Source of the DNA: the human T2T-CHM13v2.0 reference genome, Homo sapiens
Strand: one strand, 5' to 3'
DNA length: 64,000 bases
NCBI RefSeq assembly: GCF_009914755.1
Contig: NC_060925.1
Part shown: positions 1-11,635 of the stretch, piece by piece
How positions within the stretch are numbered: position 1 is the first letter of the stretch
Layout: every line of letters starts with the position of its first letter
Notes under the pieces: generated by a model
The model's database searches: none
Seen by the model: only the letters and a program-made list of their open reading frames with translations
What the model was told of the DNA's origin: nothing
Translations under genes and position numbers: made by a program

Positions 1-162
1 AGTTGACACATTTGGAGAAGGTGGGCCTAGATCTGGCATTCACCCTGTAGTCAACTTTTAAGAAAAATAATAGGAATTAGAGATTTTTGTTTTTCTAGTA
101 GTAAGCAGAAATGAAACCAATAATTTGGCTATCTGTTCTATTTTGCTCACTTCATAGATTCA

Positions 163-505
<343 letters not shown>

Positions 506-719
506 TTAATGTTAAATTCTTTTATCCAGTCTTTAAAAAAGGGATCTCTTGCCTTTTGCTTGAATGCTGAATTCTAAGGAAGGGAAGCTTCCTTCTATTG
601 AGATGAAATCTGGCATTCCATAACTTGCTCCACTGGTCTTAGTTCTTTCCTTCATCAGCACAGACATTCTCAGTTCTTCTACAGCTTCTCATAGGAGATG
701 GTTTCCAGGTTCCTCACAG

Positions 720-895
720 TACAGTGAGTGGATAAAGCTCAGGTTCTGGTGTCAGGGCCCATATGTGACCTCAGCAACTCACTATATGACCTTTGGCAAC
801 TCAAGCTTTCTAATCCTCAACATGCTCAAAGGTAAAATACAGTGAGGAATAAAAATGTAACAATCCATGTAACATGCTTAGCACAGAACACAGTG
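720..895 (+). mobile_element. MIR SINE relic
   Basis: Degenerate MIR core (TGTGACCT..GGCAA..; CATGTAACATGCTTAGCACAG). Confidence 0.55.
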
Positions 896-1740
896 TGTTT
901 TAAATTATATTTTATTATGATTATTAATCCCGACCACTTCTGAACACACTCTAGTTTGTCAAAGTGCCTCTTAAAATTCAGCCTCCAAATTCAGACAAAA
1001 TATTTCAGATGTAAGCCATATGTTTAGTAATTAATGAATTTGATTAATGTTCCCCTAAGGCTTGGCAGAAGAGAACAGCTTTTCAATACAATAAACAAAC
1101 CATATGCATAAATAGCATGATTAGATTCAGATATGTAAATAGTGACATGATTTTCTAACTTCGACCAAGTTATTTTAAGGATTTGTTTCCTAAGGTGATC
1201 TAAGACTATGTGGCTTGACTAATACTTACCAAGCCACAAGAGTTCTTTCACCAAATGTAAGCAAAACACGTGCTTACACCACCAAGGCCCTCACTCCAGC
1301 AACAAAATTGAGTACTGGGACACAGAAGGGAGAACACTGGTAGGCAGGAGTCTGTAATCTCATTATCAATAGCTGGTATATTGTAACTATAGTGGCCTAC
1401 TGTTTTAATATTGCAGCACACTGGGCTGTTTTTCAAATACATTCTCTTTAGCCTGGAATTACCTATCGGAAAAATTCATAGGTCCTGCTATTGTTATGAT
1501 GCTGTGTTATGGACTAAAACCTTTTTCTTTACTCAGGTAGGAGCCAAAACAAACAAAAATCAATAGCCCCCCCGTTTCTTACTTTCCTTCTTCCATTAAC
1601 TCTAGAAAGGGAAATAGATGCCTTCTTATGTCTTCATAGAGTCTCATGCACATACATGGATTCATGAAAGGAGAGATTACCCAGCTGGATGACTAGATGG
1701 ATACACAATGATAGAGGCGTAGACAGAGGAAAGAATAGAA

Positions 1741-1789
1741 GGATAGATAGGTGGATAGATGATTGATTGATTGATTGATGATTGATAGG
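1741..1789 (+). repeat. (GATA)n/(GATT)n microsatellite
   Basis: GGATAGATAGGTGGATAGATGATTGATTGATTGATTGATG. Confidence 0.9.
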
Positions 1790-1809
1790 CAGAGGATGCT
1801 ATCATAGCA

Positions 1810-2232
1810 TCTCAGGCTGAGTATCAGGACATTTGAATTCCAATCTCGAGTCTGCTATTAAGCTGCTTGTGATTTTACTTAGTCCCTTAACCTCCCTTGG
1901 CTGTTGCAGTAAAACAGAGGTGTTGTCAACCAGCAAGTTGGGCAAATTGGTAGGTCTTGAATTCTAAAGAGGTAGCTCTGCAAATTCATTATCTTTGCCC
2001 TGCTTGCCACAATTCTTCCCTGTCTGCAGTTAGCCAGGATTCTCAGTGGAAGGTGTGCTGTTACCACTCACATCTGCCAACCACCCTGTCAGAGATGTCC
2101 ATGTTTCCTATTGAAATTACAAATTATTGGAAACTATTTATACATAAATAATCTCCTTAATAGGTAAATGAGAAGTCGTTTAGGTTATCTGGAACCAAAT
2201 GTCATCTAGGTTCCTTCCACGCTAAATTCTGT
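1810..2232 (+). mobile_element. MIR3-like SINE, apparently split by an insertion at about 1926-2190
   Basis: 5' part ends GTAAAACAGAGGTGTTG; 3' part GGAACCAAATGTCATCTAGGTTCCTTCCACGCTAAATTCTG resembles the MIR3 3' end. Confidence 0.5.
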
Positions 2233-2574
2233 TTTACCACACATAAAGATAGCCTCCTAAATTTTGCTACTCATATTTCCTATGAACATAATCCTTTATG
2301 TAAAAACTAATTTTTCTAAAATCTGAGGAGCAGGCCTGGTTTTACAGCTAAATGTTTTTCTTTGGCCCAGCCCTGTTGAAGGTGCTCAAATCTTAGGCAA
2401 AATGACAACGTGAAAATTTACCTATAGTTTCAGCTATATCTTTTTGTGCTATATCTTTGCACGGTGTCAAGTGCCCTTGTTACTTTTAACTTCCAACTCC
2501 CTATAAAACAAGGAAGTTCAAATCATAAAACCCTACCTCATTATGGTGGGAAGGGGCTTCGGGATTTTGCTGGA

Positions 2575-2858
2575 GTGTCTGTTGTCAACTCCGTTTCACC
2601 ATCACCTGCTTCTAGTCAGGAATTACATTTCCCAGCATCTCCTTCTCCATGAGGTCCCTGGTCAGAGTCAGCATCTCTTCCAATAACAGACATTCCTTTG
2701 AAGCTTGAAAGGTTGGAGAGGAGAGGCCATAATACTCAGGATTTTGGTTCCCCCAACTTTTCCAATAGTTGATATGCCTCTAATTCTCTGCATTAAAATC
2801 CTTCATACTTGAAATATGTAGAGTGGCTTCTATTTTCCTGATTGATCCCACACTGTGT
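2575..2858 (+). mobile_element. Ancient ERVL-class solo LTR (LTR33-like)
   Basis: TACATTTCCCAGCATC and 3' end TGCATTAAAATCCTTCATACTTGAAATATGTAGAGTGGCTTCTATTTTCCTGATTGA. Confidence 0.6.
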
Positions 2859-3024
2859 AGTCATCACCTGATTCAACTACACAGGGTATGTGGGTCCACT
2901 TTGTGACACATCTGTTGAGTGTGCATTCAACCTGTTCTTAAACACTTAAAGAAATGGAGAAACTGCCAATTTCCAAAACAGTCCATTAAAACATAGAACT
3001 GCACAGATTTTTAGTAAGCGGTAT

Positions 3025-3212
3025 CATAACGTAGAGTAGAATGACCATGGGTGTTTTTTACTTAGAAAAGCCTGGTTTATATCATGTTTGCCTCTTATGA
3101 ATGTGGGGAAAGTTGCTTATCAGCTTCAGTTTTCATTCTGTAAAGTGAGGGCAGTAATTGTACCTACCTTTCAGGGTTGTTACAAGGATTAAATGAGATG
3201 AGGTTCATAAGC
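3025..3212 (+). mobile_element. MIR SINE
   Basis: CTTCAGTTTTCATTCTGTAAAGTGAGG...TACCTACCTTTCAGGGTTGTTACAAGGATTAAATGAGAT. Confidence 0.8.
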
Positions 3213-4796
3213 CATCTTTTCCTTATACTAACTACAAATCAGCATCCATGTAACTTTCAACATTTGGGCCTAATTCTGTCCTCTGAAGCATGAAGATAGG
3301 GCTGCAACTGGCCCACAGAGCACCTTTGCAAGAACAAGAGAAAGGTGCACCGTTTGAGCTGACTCTGCCTGGGTTCGATGTATACGGCTTGATGAGTAGA
3401 ACAAGAGTTGGATTCCAGTGCCTACTTACCCTTCGAGTGAGCACCTTTGACCACAGTTAGAATAACCATCCACTGTGTCACTGCAAGCAGTTTCAATATA
3501 ATCTGCCAGGAAAATCCTTCCTATATTTAAGACTTCTCTCAACTCCTCGACTCCCCTTTTCTCCCATCTCCAAACCAAACATTACCAGCTGGATATGAGG
3601 AACACCTCATGGTGAAATAGTACACTCTTCGTTAAGGAATGATTCCAGAGGATGAGGAACTGGAAGACTAATTATACCAGCTAAAAGTCATTCACATTAA
3701 GGTGTCACCTTAATTGTGCATTTGCATTTTTAAATGTTACTGTGAAGGTTTATGCTCTTGTTAAAGATGGTTGGACATCAGTGAGAATGTGGGGAGGGAC
3801 GTGTATGTGCCTCCTGCTGGGAAAGGGGAAGGTATGTGAAATCCTAACTTGGGCTGCCCAGCTGCACCCAAGGGCCTCTCTGGTGTCATCTCTAGGTCGA
3901 CACACCAGGGGAGAGTGGGACCCAAGGTTGATTCTACTTCCCCTCCAGGCAGAGGACCCGCTCCTAATATTTGTGGGGACCAAGGCAAGAGAACAAATGG
4001 AGGCTTATAGATCTTATGTCTAAATATTTAGAAGTTATAAATAAAGGTAAAAAACTGTTAAATAAATTGTTGTCTCTTACCTTGACAAATATTCATAAGG
4101 ACAAAATTGAGAAAATGTGTGTAAAGCTATGTTTTTTATGTGACTGGCAGTCAGCAAAATATCAAAGATGACTGAATTAATTATTGTTGTGCATGTCTAG
4201 GTGCTCTGTTGATGAGCTGGTGACACTTGGATGCATAATAAAGCCATACATAATTCATTAGCTATTATATATATTACATAAAATTAATTTGTCTTGCCTT
4301 CATTTAAAAAACAATAACAAATTATATTGGTATAACCAAGATTTTCATATGTGTTCTATTGACATTAATGAAAATTAGCCAATATTTTTAAAGTCATTAT
4401 AGTTCATACATATACTCAGTTCATTTCAACTTGGAGAAACTTCACTCTGCTAAGGCAGGGTCAACTGGAATTCTCAATAAAATTCTTAAACCAATACTGA
4501 AGTTAGGAAGTGAACTTTATATATGAATTTAATAATTATTCAAAAACTGTAATGCAGGCACATGTAACAAAGTAGCGTTATTGCAGAACATATAAACTAT
4601 TTTAATATCAAATGCATTACTATTATTTTAACATAACTATGTTAAAGGAATATCTAGATATTAATACGTAAAGTGTTTCTTACATTTTTAATTTCAAATT
4701 TTCCAATGTTGGGTCATTATAAAGGAATAAAAATTAGGGAAAAAGTTAGCATTGATTAACTTGTTCAAATTTCTCTTCAATTAGGACTGTACTCTG

Positions 4797-5019
4797 AGCC
4801 TGGGCAACATAGTGAGACCCTGTCTCTTAAAAAAAATAAAAATAAAAATAAGCCATTAGTTGGGCATGGTGACTCACTACCTATTGTCCCAGCTACTCAG
4901 GAGACTGAGATGAGAGGATCACTTGAGCCTGGGAGTTTGATGTTACAGTGCACTATGGTGGCACCATTGCCTCTAGCCTGAGTGTCAGAGCAAGGCCATG
5001 TCTCAAAAAAAAAAAAAAA
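4797..5019 (+). mobile_element. 5'-truncated old Alu (AluJ-like)
   Basis: AGCCTGGGCAACATAGTGAGACCCTGTCTC, A-rich linker, right monomer, poly(A). Confidence 0.92.
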
Positions 5020-5372
5020 GCCGAAGATTGTACCTTGTGTACTCTGATCTACAATGGCCAGAAACATGGTTCCTATTGAAATTATAAATTATTGGTAATT
5101 ATTTATACATGAATAATCTCCTTAATAGGTAAACATTTTCATTTTCTTGCTCAAATGTCCTTACATTTTATTGGAACAATACTTTTGTTGCATATTTTGC
5201 AATAAATTTTGACTTAGAAAAAAACACTTTGCTAAAATTTTTTAAAATACTTTTTAGCCCTTTTAAAAACGAAATAGCCAAACTTAGATCTATTTGAAAT
5301 TTTTTGTTAATTTTTTGGTAATATTATTAGTACCACGAAACAGTTCACTTCAAATAACTGTGGATAGCATCA

Positions 5373-5683
<311 letters not shown>

Positions 5684-7820
5684 AATTTAATTTTTCTCCA
5701 AAGATCTGACTTACGTTTTATTTGAAATTCTTCTGTTGCTTAATTAACTTTTGTGGCACGTCTTGTGTCTTATCTAAATTAAACTTAGTTGCTTAAACAG
5801 CATTTAAGCAGCATTTCTATCATATGTCCAAGAGTGATTTTAAAGTCATCACTTTGTTTCAATGAAGTAATTCATCTTCGGGACGATTCGGAAAATATTG
5901 TATTTCATCTTTGAATTGCTATTGAAACAAAAGGTTGACACCACATCTCCTAATAACAAATTCAAATGTGTGCTATACATGACAAATGCAATTTTTTTAA
6001 AAAATTGGCCAGTATCCTAGATGATAAATCTTTCTGTTTATTTATCACGTTGCAACCATTGTCTTAGATGCTGCCCTCAGAGAATTTTTAAACAGTTTAA
6101 ATAAAGGTAGGTTTTAATTTAATTTTTAAAAAATTTAATTACATCTTATTAAACATTTGATAAAACTAAAATTACTTGCAATTCTAAGGTTCAGAATCTA
6201 GTCATTAATGCAAAGAATAAATATCATGCTTCCTGAAGGTTACATCCAGACTTACATATACAATTTTAAGAGAGATATAAATTATTGCAAAATATTCTTT
6301 TTCTACCCCATGCAACTGCAGCAAATACTGTGCTATCTCCTGAGTACCTTTGGAACCAAACTAGAATACAAAGAGAAGCAAGAAAATGGGTACTTGGTGC
6401 TATTGGGAAATGATACTTTATTATGAAAAGACCTGTAGCATTCACACTATCTGAGAGGAAGGATTTGACAAGTTAGTTTGTCTTTTCCCTTACCTGAGTG
6501 TTTCTACCACTCAAATCCTCCCTGCACCCCACGACACTGTCTGTCTTTTACACAGATGGTGGCACAAGCCAAAAACCCTTGCGGTTTCAGATGCTGTTTA
6601 GAGGACAACGGGGAAGAGATGTGCCTTTTTCTGGGTCTTGAACTGTGTTCCTCACAAGAGTGGGTCACCCTGTGTCAATACTGACCTCCCATGCCAATTG
6701 TCTTTAGTACATATTTTGCGTGTGTGTTTGTCATCTGTGCAGTCCCAAAGGGCAATACTACCAGCAAGCTCCCTTTTCTCTGTGGAGATCTGACCAAGTC
6801 TAGCCCATAGGAACTATCTGTATCTTATACCAGATCACGTGCCCCTAGACCTTCCTTGCCTGAAGGGGCCAAGTTTGGTCTCTTCATTTCCTTTCCGTAT
6901 GCTCCAAGTCTTTTATTTGGAGGGTCTTTGAAGCTGTATTGGGCAAATATCCCTCTTTTACAGATGCTAAAATTGAGAGTCAGATAGCTAAAGCTACTAG
7001 AAGTTCCTCATTTGTACAGGGCAGACTAGAGCCCAAGTTTTCTCATTCTTACTGGTCAAGTGGAAGCAGTGACATCTTTTGCCCAAAGCAGTAAAATAAC
7101 CTTTTATTTTTCCCCCAAACAAATGCTGCCATATCCCCTAAATAGAAAAACATCTATGTGAGCCTAACACACACATAGCATTGGCAACATCTTCAAAAGT
7201 CTAGGTGTGGATTTTAATATGATGAAGTTGAGTTTTACAGTTCACACAATTCCAGGTTTCATAGTGATAAGAAATGTGGATCAGAATTGTGCCTGCTGTG
7301 TGAAGGTGATGGCAATCAGGTCAGCCATCCAAGCAGGATACACTTGACAGACAGAGCTCCCATGCAGGTCCCCCAAATCCAAGCAACATGTGGCTCAGAG
7401 TTGCCAAAGACTGTGCTTTCCTTTCCTGGCCCTTCAATGATACATCTCCCCAATGCCTTCTCTGCATATTTTCTCTCTCAAATTCACGGAGGTTCTCATT
7501 AGGAGAGCAGAAAGGCCTTTCTTCTAGCACTACTCACTTCCCAATGACTCTTCTCACCTCCTCCCGCTACCCTCCACCACCAACCTCCAACCTCTCCCTT
7601 TTGTGTACATTTATGTCCCTTCTATTGCATAAGGTCTCTACTGCAGCATTTAGCTTTGCAGTATATACCTCAGACAACACTCCCTCATACCCCCTAAATT
7701 AGTCTCATCTCTACAATTAGATTTTAAGCATTTTAAGATCAAAGGTTTCGTTCACACTTTTATGTCACACATAGTACAGTGCTGAACACATATATGGGCT
7801 CAATCACATTTGTCAATTGA

Positions 7821-8134
<314 letters not shown>

Positions 8135-8144
8135 TAAACAAATA

Positions 8145-8725
8145 ATTCTTAAACTTTTTGGTGTTATTCCCTTTATACTCTTAAAAATTATTAAAACTTC
8201 AAAGAGATTTTGTTTGTGAGGGTTTATATCTATCAATATTTACTACATTAGAAACAAAAACTGAGAAAATCCTAAAATATCATTGCAAAACAAGGCAACA
8301 GAAGTGTACTTCTTGTCGTGTCTCTGCATAGTTGCAAGGAAAACATTGGGATTTTAAAACAATTTACTGGACAACATTGAGGTTACAGAGATTTTACCAA
8401 ATATAATTGACAATAACTACTTACAGCCTAGGAAGTAGTGAGAATAACTGAGTTAATCTCAGAAAATGCACATTTTTGTATGCTAAATCTACCTTAGAAA
8501 ATTGTAGAAAACACAAGGTCATACAAGCATCCATTTCATAAACTGTCAGGGCAATGACATCATCCCATAGATGCAGCCTCTGGAACACTACGCCACATAC
8601 TCATGAAAGAATGAGAATGAAATCGGTAAGTAACATCTCAATAAAAAAAAAAATAGTTTGATCTCATGGATTTCCTGAAAGACTCTTGGGGACCCCCAGA
8701 GATTTCCAGACCAGACTTTGGAAAC
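8145..8725 (-). mobile_element. hAT-Charlie non-autonomous DNA transposon
   Basis: TTCTTAAACTTTTTGG...TACTCTTAAAAATTATT and GGGGACCCCCAG...ACCAGACTTTGGAAAC; reverse complement of the ends of the element at 33895-35622. Confidence 0.7.
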
Positions 8726-8837
8726 AAGTAAATTATAGTCTTGGTTAATAAGACAACTTAAAGATGCTTGTTACATAAAATTACTAGCAGGAAATTATAG
8801 GACAATTGGAATTCATTTTCTTGTGACTGGCATTCGT

Positions 8838-9404
8838 GTTAGTTATCTAATTGCTGTATTCGTTCTCTCACTGCATTAGTCATCTAATTACCCCTAAAGT
8901 TCATTCCTTAAAGCCATAAACATTTATTATCTCACAGTTTCTGTGGGTCAGGAATCCGGGTGTCACTTAGCTGTCTGTGCTGGTCAAGATGTCTCATGAG
9001 GTGGCATTAAGCTTCGGACCAGAACTGCATAGTCCCAGCTTACAAAGAATCAGCTTCCAAGCTTGCTTATATGGTTATTGACGTACTATTGGACTGAGGC
9101 CTCAGTTTCTCACTGGCTGTTGGCTGGAGGTCCCCACCACACAGACCTCTCCATAAAGCAGCTTACAATGTGGCAACCGGCTTCCCTCAGAGCAAATGAG
9201 TGAGAGTGTAAGAAAGGAGTCCCAAGATGGAAGCCACAATCTTTTTGTAACCTAATTTGGTAAGTGATATCCATCTCCTTTGCTGTATTCTATTTGTTGG
9301 AAGCAAGTCAATAAGTCCAACCCAGTGCTCAAGGGGGGCTACCAAGGGTACAAATATCAAAGGCTAAGATCATTGAGTTGCGCCTTAGAGGCTGCCTACT
9401 ATAG
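8838..9404 (-). mobile_element. MLT1 (MaLR) LTR, MLT1F-like
   Basis: AAACATTTATTATCTCACAGTTTCTGTGGGTCAGGAATCCGGG...GCTGCCTACTA. Confidence 0.8.
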
Positions 9405-9675
9405 CATTTTTTTCTTGCAAAAAGAAAGGCATGATTCAGCAAATGATTGATAAGCCACAGACCAGTTCCTTGCATTATTCTGTTCTTTTTCTGCCTAGCT
9501 TCCTCTTGTCATCATACCATTCTTTTCTTCCTTGTAATACTGCTGTTACCAATTAAGTGGCTTCATGTTGGTGAGAAGAACCTAAGATATTTTAAGATTA
9601 GAACTTTATGGCTTTGGTTCATCTCATTTGAAATTTGTTGGATTGCTATCTTAATAAATATTTCTCGTCCATGGT

Positions 9676-10110
9676 CATGTCAGGCCACCAGTTGTCCTTC
9701 AAAACCCACCTTTTCCATATTTCTGGGCACATGGCCATCTAGCTAGCAATTAGGTCTCCCAGCCCTTTGACAGCTAGAAATGACCATGGGCCTAAAGTTT
9801 GGGCCAATGGGACATGAGAGAAAGAGATGTGTGCAACTTCTGTGTTCTCTCCAACTTAAGAAGGGGCCCATGTGCTGGATTTTGGCTCATCACCCTCTCT
9901 ACCAGCTGGAAATGGTGACAACTTGAGCAGCCTTGGAAGCCATATGTTGGGGATGGCAGATCCACCCTGGCTTCATGGGACAGAGCTACCCGTTTAATCT
10001 GAATCAGTCAGATTGTTCCATGAGAGAAAAACAAATCTCTATCTTATCTAAGTCACTATCTGGAGGCCCTGTTTGTTATTAGCAGTTCAGCTTTTTCTCC
10101 GGCTGTTATA
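9676..10110 (+). mobile_element. MLT1 (MaLR) LTR, MLT1H/I/J-like
   Basis: TCCCAGCCCTTTGACAGCTAG...GGCCAATGGGACATGAG...GAGAGAAAAACAAATCTCTATCTTATCTAAGTCAC. Confidence 0.7.
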
Positions 10111-10177
10111 CTTGACATAAACTAGACAAGGAACCCAAAGACAGAACTGTTTTACTCTCATTTAAAGTACTGCTTTA

Positions 10178-10302
10178 GTTGATAGTGGGGGAGGTTATGT
10201 GTGTGTGTAAGAGGATGGGGGTGTGTGGGAATGCTATTTGAAAATAGCATTTTCAAATTCGCTGTGAACCTAAAACAGCTCTAAAAAATAATGTTTAATT
10301 TG
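10178..10302 (+). mobile_element. L1MC-type 3' end fragment
   Basis: GATAGTGGGGGAGGTTATGTG...GCTGTGAACCTAAAACAGCTCTAAAAAATAA. Confidence 0.75.
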
Positions 10303-10349
10303 AAACAAAACAAAACACTGTTTTTTACTTAGCAAATAGTAAATATTTT

Positions 10350-10590
10350 ATTGATTCATTCATTGACATCATTCAATAAGTATATAAGCACCTACTACTA
10401 TGTGCCAAATACACCGGGGACATAGTGGTAAACACCATGCTCACATTCTTTATTTTCATGGAACTTTCTCTTTAGGGAAAACAAAGCTAAATAAGCAATT
10501 ACACATGCAATTAATTAATTGCAATTATGGTAAATGACAAGAAGGAAATATAGAGTGCTATGTGGGTATATAAAGAGAAGCCCTGACCTA
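10350..10590 (-). mobile_element. L2 LINE 3' fragment
   Basis: ATTCATTCATT...AAGCACCTACTACTATGTGCCA. Confidence 0.7.
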
Positions 10591-11319
10591 TAAAACTCTA
10601 ATAGAGATCATGTATTTTTAAAAAAACAAAAGAATAAATGCTTAATGAAAATAATTTCAGATTGTAATACATTTCAATTTCTTGAAAGAGATTCTCTAAG
10701 CAGTAAAAAATAAAAGTTGATATGTGACATTAGCCTCTTTCCTCACCTGTAAAGTTGAGATAAAGGTTTCTCTTCCTATTTCCCTATCTCCATACCAGTT
10801 CTTCACATGTATAGCATTTTCCAATAACTCTTACGGTGCTGAATCTAGACAAAATAGACTGACCCCAAGAATAATCTGAATATGTGTGGAAAGGGACACG
10901 TGTATCTGTGTTTCAATGAGACAAAATGGGCCTGAAGGAGAAACCAGGCTCAAACCTAGGAGAGATGAGTTCGAGGTTGATTTGATATTTCATTTTTTGG
11001 TGTTGATTTGTTTTATTTTATTTTATGATTTTTAAAGCACAATCTCTGCCCTTCTAACACTTTGCTAATGTACTGACAACTAAAAAGTTAGTTTGTAAAG
11101 TGCTTTGGGCCCCTTGGTGGTTAGATAGGCACTAAATCATACATCAGAGAGAAGGCCTCCTGAAGATGAGGACTTGGAACAGTTGAGGTTTCTGTTTGCT
11201 GTGACACCAATTGTCCCTTTGCTCCTCTGTAATTCTTTCCCTGTAGAGATAACATGGGAAGCAGGCTGGAAAGTAAATAGAGAAAACTCAAAGCTTTGTA
11301 CTCATGAGGAATCAGAGGT

Positions 11320-11635
11320 AGTATTGTGTAGTCAATCAATAAGCACACAGACACTACCCCCAGCCTCCTTGGCTCAAACCCTGGCTCAGACACTTATCAG
11401 CTGTGTGAATTTGTTTTATTTTTTTTTTTTCCTTCCCATTTCTTAAGGAGTACAAGCTGTGTGAATTTGAAAGTCACTTAACTTCTCTGTTCTTCAGTTT
11501 CCTCATCTGTAAAACACAGGAAATAATAGCATTGACCTTATCAGGTTCTTGTGAGAATTAACTGTGTTTTAGTCCATGTCACATCCTTAGAATAGGGCCT
11601 GCATATGACACGTGTTTGTTATTAGCTATTATTAT
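11320..11635 (+). mobile_element. MIR SINE containing a short retro-insertion
   Basis: GGCTCAAACCCTGGCTCAGACACTTATCAGCTGTGTGA...AAGTCACTTAACTTCTCTGTTCTTCAGTTTCCTCATCTGTAAAA. Confidence 0.85.
11414..11454 (-). mobile_element. Unidentified ~41-bp poly(A)-tailed insertion
   Basis: 15-bp direct repeat AGCTGTGTGAATTTG at 11399-11413 and 11455-11469 flanks a T-run plus CCTTCCCATTTCTTAAGGAGTACA. Confidence 0.75.
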
